From positions 26,787 through 89,931 of the forward strand of contig CAYJVR010000007.1 of NCBI GenBank assembly GCA_964373715.1: a stretch of DNA of 63,145 nt. The letters run 5' to 3'. The DNA is from an uncultured Planctomycetia bacterium. Lineage in GTDB: Bacteria > Omnitrophota > Gorgyraeia > 1-14-0-20-64-10. The stretch's first letter is position 1, and every line of letters starts with the position of its first letter. Below, piece after piece: positions 1 to 10,724 of this stretch. A model generated the notes under the pieces. The model searched no databases. It saw only the letters and a list, made by a program, of their open reading frames with translations, and had not been told where the DNA came from. Position numbers and translations under genes: made by a program.

Positions 1-2
1 TG

Positions 3-629
3 AAAGCGCGAAAAGCAAAAATTAAGCGGGAGACAAGAGAGGTCCGGATCCAAGGGGAGATCAGCCTGGACGGGTCGGGGAAATCGTCCGTCTCGACCGG
101 CATCCGGTTCCTCGACCACATGCTGGAGCTGTTCGCCAAGCACGGCCTGTTCGACCTGAAGCTTCAGGCGAAGGGGGACGTGGACATTGATCTGCACCAC
201 ACGAACGAGGATATCGGGCTCGCGCTGGGGGAGGCCCTGAAGGCCGCGCTCGGTGATAAAAAAGGGATCCGTCGGATGGGTTCCTCGTTTGTGCCGATGG
301 ATGAGACTCTCGCGCAGGTGCGTTGCGTGCTGGATGTGAGCAGCCGGCCTTACTTTGCTTTTGATTGGACCGCCCGTCAGAGTTCGAAAAATTTCCGCAA
401 TGGGGCGTCCCGCAGGCCGATCCCGTACGACCTGCAGGACGCGAAGCATTTCCTCGATTCATTCGTGCAGAAGGCGGGGCTCACCGTCCACGTGGATGTG
501 CTGAAGGCCGGCGGGGATGTGCACCACTTGCTCGAGTCGGTCTTCAAAGCGTTCGGCCGGGCTCTGCGCCAGGCCGTCGAGCGGGATTCCCGCGTCAAAG
601 GGGTCCCGTCCACAAAAGGCACACTCTAA
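3..629 (+). CDS. hisB: imidazoleglycerol-phosphate dehydratase, 5' end cut by window edge
   Basis: Reading frame 3 from base 3 gives KAKIKRETREVRIQGEISLDGSGKSSVSTGIRFLDHMLELFAKHG, continuous with the listed ORF 120..629. DHMLE, HHTNEDIG and PMDE motifs are typical of IGPD. No start codon lies inside the window. Confidence 0.9.
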   Translation, partial: KARKAKIKRETREVRIQGEISLDGSGKSSVSTGIRFLDHMLELFAKHGLFDLKLQAKGDVDIDLHHTNEDIGLALGEALKAALGDKKGIRRMGSSFVPMDETLAQVRCVLDVSSRPYFAFDWTARQSSKNFRNGASRRPIPYDLQDAKHFLDSFVQKAGLTVHVDVLKAGGDVHHLLESVFKAFGRALRQAVERDSRVKGVPSTKGTL

Positions 630-654
630 TTAATAAAAACAGGGTAACGCCGGG

Positions 655-880
655 TCTGGTCTGGGTGTGAGGAACACCCAACCACTTCCTCCGGCCAGTT
701 CCTGGCCGCTCGACGGTCGCTGTCAAATTAAGTGACCGGCAGGGGTGTCGGCCAGCGCACCGTCGTGAGGCGAGCGGGCATGGTGTCCGCCAACGGCGGA
801 CGAGCGAGCCAAGCGTCGGAACGAGAAGTCCTCGCCGGGGACGACGAGTGATGCATCGGCCGATACCCCTGATGGGAGCT
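655..880. repeat. GC-rich imperfect-palindromic intergenic element, copy R1
   Basis: The arms ggggtgtcggccagcgcaccgtcgt (742..) and acgacgagtgatgcatcggccgatacccc (..870) are near reverse complements. It shares motifs (caccgtc[ga][tc]gaggcg.agcgggca.ggtgtcc, tccgccaacg..ggcggacgagcg) with the copies at 8611, 18752 and 46826. Confidence 0.7.
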
Positions 881-891
881 CAAACTTCATT

Positions 892-1548
892 ATGATTGCA
901 ATAATCGATTATGGGATGGGGAACCTCGCCTCCGTTGAGAAAGCGGTTAAATTTCTCGGCGGCAAGGTGCGGGTGACCTCTGACCCGAGAAAGATCACGC
1001 GTGCTTCGGGGATCATTCTGCCCGGCGTGGGCGCCTTCGGCGCGGCTATGCGTGAGATGAAGAAGCGCCGCCTCATCGGGCCGGTTTCCGCCGCCGCGCG
1101 GGAGGGCAAACCTTTCCTTGGCCTCTGCCTCGGCCTCCAGTTGTTGTTCGAGTCGAGTGAAGAGTCTCCCGGCGTGAAGGGTCTCGGCCTGCTCAAAGGG
1201 AAGGTCCGCCTGCTCCCCAAAAGGCCGGGGCTGAAGATTCCGCACATGGGGTGGAACAACATTAAACCAGTCGTGGAGCGGGGGGCGCGGGGCGGGGGAA
1301 ATCCAAACCGGCAGACACGCAATCCACTTTTAATCGGAATTCCGGACGGGGCGTTCGTCTATTTCGTTCACTCTTATTACGCCGATCCGAAAGAAAAATC
1401 GGTTGTCGCCGCGGTGACCGAATATGGTGTAAAGTTTCCGTCGGTTGTTTGGAACGGTGAGAAACTCTGGGCGACCCAGTTTCATCCGGAGAAGAGCCAG
1501 AAGGTTGGATTGAAAATCCTCGATAACTTCCTGAGGCAGGCGTGCTGA
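892..1548 (+). CDS. hisH: imidazole glycerol phosphate synthase, glutamine amidotransferase subunit
   Basis: Class I GATase motifs: ILPGVGAFG, LGLCLGLQLL, HMGWN, FHPEKS. Position is between hisB and hisA. Carries an extra Gly/Arg loop (VVERGARGGGNPNRQTRN). Confidence 0.9.
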   Translation: MIAIIDYGMGNLASVEKAVKFLGGKVRVTSDPRKITRASGIILPGVGAFGAAMREMKKRRLIGPVSAAAREGKPFLGLCLGLQLLFESSEESPGVKGLGLLKGKVRLLPKRPGLKIPHMGWNNIKPVVERGARGGGNPNRQTRNPLLIGIPDGAFVYFVHSYYADPKEKSVVAAVTEYGVKFPSVVWNGEKLWATQFHPEKSQKVGLKILDNFLRQAC

Positions 1549-2267
1549 TCGTTCCGGCCATCGACCTGCGGGGAGGCAAGGTGGTGCGCCTGCTCAAGGG
1601 GGATTTTTCCCAGGAGACTGTTTTCGGAGAAGATCCGCTTGATTTTGCGAGGCGTTGGGTTTCTCTCGGCGCGAAGCGCTTGCACCTGGTGGATCTGGAC
1701 GGGGCCAAGACCGGAGTTCCTCGCCACATGGAGATTGTTTCCCGGATCGCCCGGGAGGTTGTCATCCCGGTTGAGATCGGGGGAGGCATCCGGACGATGG
1801 CGGCGATCGACCGGTACCTCACTGCCGGCGTTGCCTATGTCATTTTGGGGACCAAGGCCTGCTTCGACGAAGAGTTCTTGACCGGCGCACTAAAAACCTA
1901 CGGCGAAAAGATTTCGGCCGGCGTGGATGTTAAGGATGGGAAGGTTGCCACCGAGGGATGGCTCGCGACCGCGGGTGGAGACCCGGCAGTCTTGGTGGAG
2001 CGGTTGGCCGGTCTCGGGGTGAAGACGATTATTTATACCGATGTGGCTCGGGACGGCGCGATGACCGGTCCCGCGGTCGAGACCTACAAGAAACTGCTCC
2101 CCTACACGAAAGGGAAATCGGCGCTGTTTGCTTCAGGCGGCGTCAGCTCGATGGAGGACCTGCTGAAGCTCAAAGAGCTGGAGAGGGATGGACTGACCGG
2201 CGCCATCGTGGGGCGCGCCCTCTACGAGGGGACACTCGACTTGAAAGAGGCGGTTGCCCGGTGCTAG
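1542..2267 (+). CDS. hisA: ProFAR isomerase (phosphoribosylformimino-5-aminoimidazole carboxamide ribotide isomerase)
   Basis: GTG start overlaps the hisH stop. Motifs [27 protein letters not shown] and IVGRALYEG. Confidence 0.9.
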   Translation: MLIVPAIDLRGGKVVRLLKGDFSQETVFGEDPLDFARRWVSLGAKRLHLVDLDGAKTGVPRHMEIVSRIAREVVIPVEIGGGIRTMAAIDRYLTAGVAYVILGTKACFDEEFLTGALKTYGEKISAGVDVKDGKVATEGWLATAGGDPAVLVERLAGLGVKTIIYTDVARDGAMTGPAVETYKKLLPYTKGKSALFASGGVSSMEDLLKLKELERDGLTGAIVGRALYEGTLDLKEAVARC

Positions 2268-3064
2268 CCAAAAGGATCATCCCCTGTCTCGATGTGAAAA
2301 ATGGCCGGGTCGTCAAAGGGACCCGGTTCGTAAACCTGAAGGACGCGGGGGACCCGGTCGAGGTGGCGCGGCGGTACGAGAAGGAAGGGGCTGATGAGAT
2401 GGTTTTCCTTGATATCACCGCCTCCCACGAGGGGCGGGACACGCGGGCCGATCTGGCCGCGCGCGTTGCCCGGGTGATTTTCATCCCGTTCACGGTTGGC
2501 GGCGGCATCAAGACGATCGGGGAGATCCGGAAAATTTTGCTGGCCGGCGCCGATAAGATTTCAGTCAACACCGCGGCGGTCAAGAACCCGAAGCTGATTA
2601 CCGAGGGTGCGAAGCGGTTCGGTTCCCAGTGCATCGTGGTAGCGATTGATGCCAAAAGAACAAGGGGCAGGAGACAGGGGGCACGGGGCAAAGGGCGAGG
2701 GGCGGGGGGCGGGGGAAAATGGGAGGTGTACCTGCATGGCGGACGGATCCCGACAGGTATCGACGCGGTGGCCTGGGCGAAGAGGGCGGTAAAGCTCGGC
2801 GCCGGGGAAATCCTGCTGACCTCGATGGATTGCGACGGCACGAGAAAGGGATACGACCTGGAACTCACCCGGTCGGTGGCGCAGGCGGTGCCGGTGCCGG
2901 TGATCGCCTCCGGCGGAGCGGGTAATTTACAGCATTTGGTTGCCGGTCTGACCAAGGGTATGGCTGATGCTGTCTTAGCCGCTTCGATTTTCCACTACAG
3001 GCAGTATACTGTTCCACAAGCCAAGCGCTACCTGAAGCGGCATGGCATTTCCGTGAGATTGTAA
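2261..3064 (+). CDS. hisF: imidazole glycerol phosphate synthase, cyclase subunit
   Basis: In-frame GTG at 2261 overlaps the hisA stop, so the listed ORF 1958..3064 is a 5' over-extension. Motifs [40 protein letters not shown] and ASGGAG. Carries a Gly/Arg insertion ([21 protein letters not shown]). Confidence 0.9.
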   Translation: MLAKRIIPCLDVKNGRVVKGTRFVNLKDAGDPVEVARRYEKEGADEMVFLDITASHEGRDTRADLAARVARVIFIPFTVGGGIKTIGEIRKILLAGADKISVNTAAVKNPKLITEGAKRFGSQCIVVAIDAKRTRGRRQGARGKGRGAGGGGKWEVYLHGGRIPTGIDAVAWAKRAVKLGAGEILLTSMDCDGTRKGYDLELTRSVAQAVPVPVIASGGAGNLQHLVAGLTKGMADAVLAASIFHYRQYTVPQAKRYLKRHGISVRL

Positions 3065-3074
3065 GAGGGGAACG

Positions 3075-3464
3075 ATGGCACATTCATGGATTAATGGGAT
3101 CAAGTTCGATTCGAATGGGCTGGTGCCCGCTATTATCGAGGATGCCGGCACGCATGAGGTTCTGATGGTGGCCTACATGAACAAGGAGGCGGTCGAGAAG
3201 ACCCTCTCCACGAAAAGGGCTCACTTTTATTCACGCTCCCGCCGGAAAATGTGGCTCAAAGGGGAGACCTCAGGCCATATCCAGAAGGTGAAGGGTCTGG
3301 CGATTGACTGCGACGGGGACGCGCTGTTGGTCAGCGTCGAGCAGGTGGGCGGGGCCTGCCATACCGGTTTTCGCACCTGTTTTTACCGGAAGCTCTCCGG
3401 CACAACTTGGAAAGAGACCGGCAAAAAACTATTTGATCCGGATAAGGTTTATGCCAAAAAATAG
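3075..3464 (+). CDS. hisI: phosphoribosyl-AMP cyclohydrolase (monofunctional, no HisE part)
   Basis: [44 protein letters not shown] and CHTGFRTCF. Only 129 aa. Confidence 0.85.
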   Translation: MAHSWINGIKFDSNGLVPAIIEDAGTHEVLMVAYMNKEAVEKTLSTKRAHFYSRSRRKMWLKGETSGHIQKVKGLAIDCDGDALLVSVEQVGGACHTGFRTCFYRKLSGTTWKETGKKLFDPDKVYAKK

Positions 3465-4971
3465 TTCAGGGATAAGACCGACTGCGGAGGAGTTCCTCCG
3501 CCTTGCGAAGAGGGGGAACGTGATCCCGGTCTACCGGGAGATCCTCGCCGATTTTGAGACGCCGTTGTCCGCCTACCTGAAGCTGGAGGGAAGGGGGCCG
3601 GCCTACCTTCTGGAATCGGTGGAAGGGGGCGAAAGGCTGGGGCGCTATTCTTTTCTGGGGGCCGAGCCCTCTTTGATCATGGAATCCCGGGCCAAACAGA
3701 TCTGGCTTAAGGGCCCGCATGAGAACAGGGTATGGGTGACCTTGACCGATCCTCTGACCGAGCTGCAGCAGTTGATGTCCCATTACAAGAGCGTTGAGGT
3801 GCCGGGACTTCCCCGTTTTTGCGGCGGGTTTGTCGGGTATGCCGGCTACGACATCGTCCGGTTCCTGGAACCGGTCGGCGACAGCAAGCCAGACGCTCTC
3901 AATGTGCCCGACAGCGTCTGGTTTCTGAGCGATTCCCTCGTGATTTTCGACCATTTGGAGCACCGGATGAAGGTGGTGGCCAACGCAATTATTGAAGAGG
4001 GCCCGCGGGCCGGGTTCGAGAAGCGGGCGAAGGCCGCTTATGCCAGATCGGTCCGGAGAATTGAGGGGATCATCAAGAAACTGCGCCAGCCCCTCTGGTA
4101 CTCTCCTCCCGCCGGGAAACGCTCGCTTAAGGCCCCGGAGGTCCGTTCGAACATGACAAAGGGGGCTTTTACCGGCTCGGTGCGCAAGGCCAAAGCGGCG
4201 ATCAGCCAGGGGGAAACGATCCAGATTGTCCTGTCGCAGAGATTTCGAGTGCCGGTGGCCTGCTCCCCTTTTGAGATTTACCGAAGCTTAAGGTCTTTGA
4301 ACCCTTCCCCCTACATGTTCTACATCAACCAGGGGTCCTTCGCGCTGGCCGGTTCTTCGCCGGAGATTCTCGTCCGGTGCGAGGACGGCAAGGTAGAGGT
4401 TCGGCCGATCGCCGGGACCCGGCGCCGCGGGAAGACGCCGGCCGCCGACCAGCAGATCGAAGAGGGGCTGAGGCGGGACCCGAAAGAGAGGGCGGAGCAT
4501 CTGATGTTGGCCGACCTCGGCCGCAATGATATCGGAAGGGTTTGCGAGTACGGCTCGGTCAAGGTAAACGAGCTAATGACCGTTGAGCGGTATTCACACG
4601 TGATGCACCTGGTCAGCGATGTGGAAGGAAAACTCCGCAAGGGGATGAACAGTTTTGATGTGCTGCGGGCCTCTTTCCCGGCCGGCACGGTGAGTGGTGC
4701 CCCGAAGGTGCGGGCGATGCAGATCATCAACGAGCTCGAACCGGACGCGCGGGGCCCCTATGCGGGGGCGGTCGGGTACATCAGCTTCAACGGGAATCTC
4801 GATACCTGCATTACGATCCGGACGATCTTAGTCAAAGGGAACCAGGCGTATGTCCAGGCGGGGGCGGGCATCGTGGCCGATTCCAAGCCCGAAAAAGAGT
4901 ATCAGGAAACGCGGAACAAGGCAGCCGGTATGATTGAGGCCATCCATCTGGCGGAACAAGGGCTCGTTTGA
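3451..4971 (+). CDS. trpE: anthranilate synthase component I
   Basis: ATG 3451 ([15 protein letters not shown]) is in frame with the listed ORF 3304..4971 and overlaps the hisI end by 14 nt. Motifs [42 protein letters not shown] and [10 protein letters not shown]. Confidence 0.9.
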   Translation: MPKNSSGIRPTAEEFLRLAKRGNVIPVYREILADFETPLSAYLKLEGRGPAYLLESVEGGERLGRYSFLGAEPSLIMESRAKQIWLKGPHENRVWVTLTDPLTELQQLMSHYKSVEVPGLPRFCGGFVGYAGYDIVRFLEPVGDSKPDALNVPDSVWFLSDSLVIFDHLEHRMKVVANAIIEEGPRAGFEKRAKAAYARSVRRIEGIIKKLRQPLWYSPPAGKRSLKAPEVRSNMTKGAFTGSVRKAKAAISQGETIQIVLSQRFRVPVACSPFEIYRSLRSLNPSPYMFYINQGSFALAGSSPEILVRCEDGKVEVRPIAGTRRRGKTPAADQQIEEGLRRDPKERAEHLMLADLGRNDIGRVCEYGSVKVNELMTVERYSHVMHLVSDVEGKLRKGMNSFDVLRASFPAGTVSGAPKVRAMQIINELEPDARGPYAGAVGYISFNGNLDTCITIRTILVKGNQAYVQAGAGIVADSKPEKEYQETRNKAAGMIEAIHLAEQGLV

Positions 4972-4990
4972 TGAAAATGACGGAGGGACG

Positions 4991-5608
4991 ATGGGCGCAA
5001 CAATGCTGATTGCGGAGATCCTCATCAGTGGAATTCAGACCGGTGTGGCGATTTTGCTCTGGGCGATTGCCCTGCTGGGCTACGGAGTTCTTCATAAGCC
5101 GTTGTTCCTTTTCGACATGCACGGCGGTTCCTGGAGGTGGGTTCCTATTTTCGGGATCATCATGCTGGCCGTCTGCTACACGCTGGGGATACTGGTAGAC
5201 CGGGTCTCTATGTCGGTCTTTTTCTGGTTTGACCGGCTTGTTCTGCGCGCGGCTTGCCCGGAGAGGAGCAAGGTCCGGCAGATGGTCCGGCGGGCGATCG
5301 ATGAGGAAAAGGTGTTTGTCAGGATGCTCAGCGAAGAGAGCAAGCTCTCGGAGCACATGCAGGATTTCCGGTCCCGGCAGAGGATTGCCCGGGCGACGGT
5401 CTTTAATTTGATCCTGATCAGCGCGGCCTTCTGCTGGCCCGGTTCGCACTTGGAAGCTCTGCTGCCGAAGTCTCCCCGATCCCTTCTTTTTGTGCAGATA
5501 CTGGGAACAATTCTTATTGGCCTGGTCAGCCTGGCGTGGGTGATCCTCCACCTGACCTACGAAGAAAAATTAAAGCAGGTGCAGGAGATCCGTTCCGGCA
5601 GGAAGTAA
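4991..5608 (+). CDS. hypothetical integral membrane protein inserted between trpE and trpG
   Basis: ATG 4991 is preceded by ggaggga. Several hydrophobic helices ([67 protein letters not shown]). No family recognised. Confidence 0.55.
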   Translation: MGATMLIAEILISGIQTGVAILLWAIALLGYGVLHKPLFLFDMHGGSWRWVPIFGIIMLAVCYTLGILVDRVSMSVFFWFDRLVLRAACPERSKVRQMVRRAIDEEKVFVRMLSEESKLSEHMQDFRSRQRIARATVFNLILISAAFCWPGSHLEALLPKSPRSLLFVQILGTILIGLVSLAWVILHLTYEEKLKQVQEIRSGRK

Positions 5609-5612
5609 AAAG

Positions 5613-6188
5613 ATGAAGAAACAGAAGATCCTGATGATAGACAATTATGACTCCTTCACCTACAACCTCGTCCAGTACCTGGGAGAGCTGGGACAGGAGC
5701 TGATTGTCTACCGGAATGACAAGGTGACGCTCGATGAGGTCAGGCGGCTTAAGCCGGACCGGATTGTGATCTCCCCCGGGCCCGGCTCCCCGAAAGACGC
5801 CGGAGTTTCGAATGAGATCATCCGGGAGATGGGGCCGAAGGTCCCTCTCCTGGGGGTCTGCCTGGGGCACCAGTGTATCGGCGCTGTTTTCGGAGGGACG
5901 GTGATGCGCAATTGGAGGTTGATGCACGGCAAGACATCCCCGATCCATCACGACAACAGCGGAGTTTTTCAGGGTCTGCCGAACCCGTTCGAAGCGACCC
6001 GCTATCATTCACTGGTCGTCCGGCGTGAGGATTTCCCGAAAGAGCTGAAGGTGACGGCCGAGACGAAGGAGCATGAGATCATGGGCTTAAGGCATAAGAG
6101 TTACCCCATCTATGGGGTGCAGTTCCATCCGGAGTCTATTCTGACAACGGCGGGTAAACAACTCCTCAAAAATTTCCTGAAAGTTTAA
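5613..6188 (+). CDS. trpG: anthranilate synthase component II (glutamine amidotransferase)
   Basis: [34 protein letters not shown] and GVQFHPES. Confidence 0.9.
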   Translation: MKKQKILMIDNYDSFTYNLVQYLGELGQELIVYRNDKVTLDEVRRLKPDRIVISPGPGSPKDAGVSNEIIREMGPKVPLLGVCLGHQCIGAVFGGTVMRNWRLMHGKTSPIHHDNSGVFQGLPNPFEATRYHSLVVRREDFPKELKVTAETKEHEIMGLRHKSYPIYGVQFHPESILTTAGKQLLKNFLKV

Positions 6189-6193
6189 CGTCC

Positions 6194-7213
6194 TTGATCG
6201 AAACATTTCTCGAAAAAGTCCAGCGGGGCGCCGACCTGACCGAGGAGGAGTCGCGCGAAGCGATCCTGCATATCATGCAGGGAAAGTTTTCTGCCGATCA
6301 GGTGAAAACGTTCCTCCTGGCTCTCAGAGAGAAGGGGGAAGCCCTTTCCGAGGTAATCGGCGCGGCCCGGGCGATGCGGGAGCAGGCGGTCCCTTTGAAG
6401 CTCAGCCGTCCGGCGGTGGATACCTGCGGCACCGGCGGAGACGGCCTGAAGACGCTGAACATCTCGACGGTTACCGCGCTGGTGGTGGCCGGGGCGGGTG
6501 TTGCCGTCGCCAAGCACGGCAACCGCTCGGTGACCTCTGCCTGCGGTTCCGCCGATCTTCTGGAGGCGCTCGGAGTGAAGGTGGATGTCGAACCGGCCGT
6601 GGTCGAGCGCTGCATCCAGGATGCCGGGTTCGGGTTCCTGTTCGCTCCCCGGTTCCATCCGGCGATGAGGGCGGTGGCCTCCATCCGCAGGGAATTGGGG
6701 GTCCCGACCATCTTCAACCTGCTGGGTCCGTTGACCAATCCGGCCGGCGTTCGGCGTCAGCTGGTCGGTGTAGCCGACGCCGCGAAACTGGATCTTTACG
6801 CGCAGGCGCTTGAGGCGTTGGGCGCGGAGAAAGGGCTGGTGGTGCGGGGCGAGGACGGCCAGGATGAGCTTTCAGTCACCGGCCCTACGGAGGTCAGGGA
6901 GCTGGGGGTTGTCGGGGTCCAGAGCAGGATTCTTCCTTATCAGGTGACGCCGGAGCAGTTCGGCCTGCCAAGGGCCTCTCTTCAGGATCTTGTGGGCGGG
7001 TCGGTGGAGGAAAACACCCGTTTAGCGCGAAGGGTTCTCACCGGCGACCGGGGGCCGATCCGGGACGCGGTTTTGCTGAACGCGGCGGCGGTCCTTTACG
7101 TGGCGGGTGAAGCCGGAGGGATCCGCAACGGGCTGATTCTCGCGGCCGACGCGATTGATTCCGGCACAGCCGCCGCTGTTTTGGAGAAGGTGGCGAAGAT
7201 GACCCATGACTAA
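6194..7213 (+). CDS. trpD: anthranilate phosphoribosyltransferase
   Basis: TTG start. DTCGTGGDG, KHGNRSVTSACGSADLLEALG and NLLGPLTNPA. Confidence 0.9.
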   Translation: MIETFLEKVQRGADLTEEESREAILHIMQGKFSADQVKTFLLALREKGEALSEVIGAARAMREQAVPLKLSRPAVDTCGTGGDGLKTLNISTVTALVVAGAGVAVAKHGNRSVTSACGSADLLEALGVKVDVEPAVVERCIQDAGFGFLFAPRFHPAMRAVASIRRELGVPTIFNLLGPLTNPAGVRRQLVGVADAAKLDLYAQALEALGAEKGLVVRGEDGQDELSVTGPTEVRELGVVGVQSRILPYQVTPEQFGLPRASLQDLVGGSVEENTRLARRVLTGDRGPIRDAVLLNAAAVLYVAGEAGGIRNGLILAADAIDSGTAAAVLEKVAKMTHD

Positions 7214-7985
7214 ACTTGACGAGATTGTCGCTTATAAGAGGGAAGAGGTTGCTCAGGCCAAAAAGAACCGGCCTCTCTCTATCGTTGAAAAGGGATTAAA
7301 GGGACGTCCCCCTGTCCGGGATTTCCGGGAGGCGATTTCCCAGCCCGGCAGGGTAAGCCTCATTGCCGAGGTGAAAAGAGCTTCCCCCTCTGCCGGAACG
7401 ATCCGGCCGGGGGCGGATGCCGTTTCGGTCGGAAAGATCTACGACAGCGCCGGCGCGCAGGCGATTTCGGTCCTGACCGATTCCAAATTCTTTTCGGGCG
7501 GATTGGAAGACCTGATCGCGGTCCGCGCGGCGGTTTCCGTCCCTGTGCTGAGGAAAGATTTCCTTCTGGAAGAGTACCAGGTTATTGAGGCGGCCGCCTC
7601 GGGCGCCGACGCGGTGCTGCTCATCGCCGCGATTTTAGAAGGGCCGGTTTTGAAGCGGCTGATCAGGATGGCGAGGGATCTTCACCTCCACGCGCTGGTG
7701 GAGGTTCATACGGAGAAAGAGATGGAACAAGCGGTCCAGGCGGAGGCCCAGATTATCGGCATCAACAACAGGGATTTGGCCACCTTCCGCGTGGATTTAA
7801 AAACAACTGAACAGCTGATCCGGAGGATTCCCGGGGGCAAAACGGTGGTCAGCGAAAGCGGCATCCGTTCCCGTGCCGATGTCGAGTTTCTCGGACGGCT
7901 TGGGGCGTCGGCGGTGCTGGTGGGCGAGGAGCTGATGCGCTCGGAGGATATCGCCGCCCGGGTCAAGGAGCTGATGGGATGGTGA
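7206..7985 (+). CDS. trpC: indole-3-glycerol phosphate synthase
   Basis: LIAEVKRASPSAG, ISVLTD..FF.G, LRKDF and GINNRDL. Overlaps the trpD end. Confidence 0.9.
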   Translation: MTKLDEIVAYKREEVAQAKKNRPLSIVEKGLKGRPPVRDFREAISQPGRVSLIAEVKRASPSAGTIRPGADAVSVGKIYDSAGAQAISVLTDSKFFSGGLEDLIAVRAAVSVPVLRKDFLLEEYQVIEAAASGADAVLLIAAILEGPVLKRLIRMARDLHLHALVEVHTEKEMEQAVQAEAQIIGINNRDLATFRVDLKTTEQLIRRIPGGKTVVSESGIRSRADVEFLGRLGASAVLVGEELMRSEDIAARVKELMGW

Positions 7986-8614
7986 CACAGAAGACGTGGG
8001 TGAAGATCTGCGGCACGACGAATCTTGAAGATGCTTTGGCGGCGGTTCAGGCGGGAGCCGACGCGGTCGGCTTCATCTTCGCTCCGACCAGCCCGAGGGA
8101 GATCACCCGGGAGGATGCGGCCAAGATCCTCCCCCAGATTCCCCCCTCCATCCTTTCGATCGGCGTGGTGGTGAACGAAAACACCGATTATTTGAAAGGT
8201 CTTCTGAGGGTGTGCCCCCTTCAGGGGTTCCAGTTTCACGGGGACGAGCCGCCGGAGGAGGTTTTGGCGCTCCGGGATGAGGTAAAGTTTTTAATCAAGG
8301 CGGTTCGGGTGAAGAATGCCGCCTCATTGGAGCAGATCCCCTTTTATAAGGGGGTGAACGCTGTTTTGCTGGACACCTACCGGTCCGATAAAAGAGGGGG
8401 CACCGGCGTTCCATTTGAGTGGGGTCTTGTTTCGAAAGCAAAAGAGTACGGTATCCCGGTGATCGTGGCGGGCGGGCTGACGCCTGCTACTGTGGGTGAC
8501 CTTGTCCGTCAGAGGACTCCCTTTGGGGTGGATGTGGTCAGCGGGGTCGAAAAATCTCCGGGACAGAAAGACCCGCACCTTGTCCGGGAATTCCTCCTTC
8601 GGGCCAAAGGGTAG
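7979..8614 (+). CDS. trpF: phosphoribosylanthranilate isomerase
   Basis: VKICGTTNLEDA, ADAVGFIFAPTSPR, LLDTY..GGTG and GGL.P.TV. The stop codon TAG (8612..8614) lies inside the left terminal repeat of element R2. Confidence 0.85.
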   Translation: MVTQKTWVKICGTTNLEDALAAVQAGADAVGFIFAPTSPREITREDAAKILPQIPPSILSIGVVVNENTDYLKGLLRVCPLQGFQFHGDEPPEEVLALRDEVKFLIKAVRVKNAASLEQIPFYKGVNAVLLDTYRSDKRGGTGVPFEWGLVSKAKEYGIPVIVAGGLTPATVGDLVRQRTPFGVDVVSGVEKSPGQKDPHLVREFLLRAKG

Positions 8615-8928
8615 CGGCCTAGTTTAACAGCCCCACGAAGGGAATTCCGGCAGAGCACCGTCACGAGGCGCAGCGGGCAAGGTGTCCCCCGCCGGGAGAG
8701 CCTGTCTTCGGGCCGCTTGTTCGGCCCGGCGTGCCGGACTGCGCTCGACGGACTCGCTCGCTCTCCCTGAAGGGAACCGTGCCCGCTCGCGTCGTCCGAC
8801 GTCCCTGCAGACAAACTCTCCCGACGGGGGACGAGCCAGCCGAGTGTCGGAGCGAGGAACGGCTCGCCGGGACGTTCCGAACGGTGCATCGCCGGAATTC
8901 CCCGAGGTGGAGCAAACTAGGCCGCTAC
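8611..8928. repeat. 318-bp MITE-like palindromic element, copy R2, with 15-16 bp terminal inverted repeats
   Basis: Left end gtagcggcctagttta (8611..) matches the reverse complement of the right end caaactaggccgctac (8913..8928). Internal arms also pair: ggaattccggcagagcaccg with cggtgcatcgccggaattcc, and agcgggcaaggtgtccc with gggaaccgtgcccgct. Confidence 0.8.
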
Positions 8929-8968
8929 CAAACCGCCGGTTTAGCTGGAGCCTCGTTGGGAAGTCTTG

Positions 8969-8974
8969 TATAAT
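8969..8974 (+). promoter_or_regulatory. candidate -10 box (tataat) upstream of htpX
   Basis: A tataat lies 27 nt upstream of ATG 9001, followed by the SD ggagga. No convincing -35 box seen. Confidence 0.25.
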
Positions 8975-9000
8975 GAAAAGAAGCGGAGGAGAATCCTAAG

Positions 9001-9867
9001 ATGAAAATATTCAAAACAGCATTCCTTTTAATCGTTCTCACTTTGATGTTTATCTTGATCGGCAGTGTATTGGGAGGCCGCAGCGGCATGATCATGGCCT
9101 TCGGGTTCGCGCTGGTCATGAACTTCGTCACTTATTGGTTTTCGGACAAGATTGTTCTGGCGATGTACCGGGCCAAGCCGGTGACCGAAGCCGATGCGCC
9201 GGAGTTGGTGGGGGCCGTCAGGCACTTGGCCCAGCTGGCCGACATGCCGATGCCTAAGGTCTACATCATCCCGTCCGAAGTCCCGAACGCTTTCGCCACC
9301 GGTCGTTCTCCCAAGCATGCCGCTGTGGCGGCAACTCAGGGGATATTGAGGATACTGAATCAGGAAGAGCTAATCGGTGTCCTGGCCCATGAGATTTCGC
9401 ATGTCAAAAACCGGGACATCCTAATCGGTACGATCGCTGCGGCTGTAGCGGGCGCTATCTACATGCTGGCCAACACGGCTCGGTGGGGGATGATGTGGGG
9501 GGGAATGGGCCGCGGCCGGGACAGGGGGAACGGGAACGGAGCGATCCAACTAGTCTTGATGCTCGTTGTCGCCATCGTCGCGCCGATCGCTGCGATGCTG
9601 GTTCAGATGGCAATCTCCCGTTCCAGGGAGTATCAGGCGGATGAATCGGGGGCTCGTCTCTGCCGTAAGCCGCTGGCTTTGGCCTCCGCGTTAAAGAAGA
9701 TCCATTCGGTTGCCGAAAAGCACCCGATGGAGGGGGCGAATCCAGCCACCGCTCATCTGTTCATCGTCAACCCTTTAAGCGGTCAAAGCTTGATGACTCT
9801 TTTCAGCACCCATCCGCCGATGGCAAAGAGGGTTGAGATCCTGGAGAATATTGCCCGCCAAATGTAG
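9001..9867 (+). CDS. htpX: M48-family zinc metalloprotease HtpX
   Basis: N-terminal TM helices, the [10 protein letters not shown] (HExxH) motif, and the C-terminal [10 protein letters not shown] motif typical of HtpX. Confidence 0.85.
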   Translation: MKIFKTAFLLIVLTLMFILIGSVLGGRSGMIMAFGFALVMNFVTYWFSDKIVLAMYRAKPVTEADAPELVGAVRHLAQLADMPMPKVYIIPSEVPNAFATGRSPKHAAVAATQGILRILNQEELIGVLAHEISHVKNRDILIGTIAAAVAGAIYMLANTARWGMMWGGMGRGRDRGNGNGAIQLVLMLVVAIVAPIAAMLVQMAISRSREYQADESGARLCRKPLALASALKKIHSVAEKHPMEGANPATAHLFIVNPLSGQSLMTLFSTHPPMAKRVEILENIARQM

Positions 9868-10061
9868 GCTCTTTAATCGAAAGGAGATGTCGGTAGCCTG
9901 CCTTTGCCTCTTTTAACGATAGTTATTTTTTCTGCTTAGATTTATGGACGTAACTCAATTTAATATATTGGGTTACGTTTATTTTGTTTAAGAGCGACTT
10001 TTTTTCAGTCTATAATTACTTCCAGAGGTATACTTTTGAATATCAGGTTTTTCTCTTAAAT

Positions 10062-10724
10062 ATGGAAGAAAAATGGGGTTTAGAGGATTATTCATTAAGT
10101 AGAGAGCCCGGTAAAGGCCCATCCGCCGCCCCGGAATCGGATCACGAGCTGATCCGCCAAGCGCAAGAGGGGGATCAGCAGGCGATGAGTGCCCTTTACA
10201 TAAGGTATCGCCGGAGGATACTGAATTACCTCTATCGCTTCACCGGTAACAGAGCAGTTGCCGAGGATTTAACACAGGAGACGTTTGTATTGGTCATCAA
10301 GAATATTCCGCGGTACCGCCCGATCGGCAGCGCGGCGGGCTGGATTTACCGGATTGCCGGAAACCTCGCCCGGCGCCATGCCGCGCAGAAACGCCGGGTG
10401 TTGGGAAAAGAGATCTTTCTGGATGAGCCGGTAGAGTTAGAGGAGGGTACGGTGGATAAGAAAGACATGATTCCCGGATCCGGGCCTCAGCCTGATGAGG
10501 TTGTTTTGAAAGCTGAGCGGGAAGCGATTGTTCAGCTCTCCCTTCTGAAAGTGTCACCCCGTTACCGGCAGGTGCTGATCATGTGTGATATTGAGGGGTT
10601 GGCCTACCGGGATGTCGCGGACCTTCTGAAATGTTCGATCAATACGGTCGCTTCACGATTAGCCAGAGGCAGGGTGCAGTTGGCTAAGTTCCTGGGATAC
10701 CTCAAAGAGGAGAAACTGTTTTGA
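10062..10724 (+). CDS. ECF-type RNA polymerase sigma factor
   Basis: Region 2 (LIRQAQEGDQQAMSALYIRYRRRILNYLYRFTGNRAVAEDLTQETF) and a region 4 HTH (LAYRDVADLLKCSINTVASRLARGR). ATG 10062 is preferred over the listed start at 9984. Confidence 0.8.
   Translation: MEEKWGLEDYSLSREPGKGPSAAPESDHELIRQAQEGDQQAMSALYIRYRRRILNYLYRFTGNRAVAEDLTQETFVLVIKNIPRYRPIGSAAGWIYRIAGNLARRHAAQKRRVLGKEIFLDEPVELEEGTVDKKDMIPGSGPQPDEVVLKAEREAIVQLSLLKVSPRYRQVLIMCDIEGLAYRDVADLLKCSINTVASRLARGRVQLAKFLGYLKEEKLF

Noticed and set aside
1958-3064. Long 5' extensions of listed ORFs: hisF from 1958, trpE from 3304, lepB from 20669, thrC from 37674, the manC-like gene from 14181, the sigma factor from 9984, and gspF from 24567.
   Set aside because: The extensions overlap the preceding gene in another frame and add non-homologous Arg/Gly-rich sequence. 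Downstream in-frame starts fit the conserved N-termini and show coupling or an SD.
8509-8999. ORFs inside the GC-rich repeat elements: 8509..8889, 8661..8915, 8682..8999, 8731..8973, 18629..18988, 18762..18998, 46405..47019, 46650..47351 and 46763..47128.
   Set aside because: They overlap one another in several frames on both strands, lack SD sequences, and have Arg/Pro/Ala-rich composition. The DNA is better explained as palindromic repeat elements.
9948-9978. Reading the inverted repeat as an ECF promoter (GTAAC -35, CGT -10).
   Set aside because: The spacing between AAC and CGT is about 21 nt, longer than the 16-17 nt typical of ECF promoters. It is kept only as an inverted repeat of unknown role.
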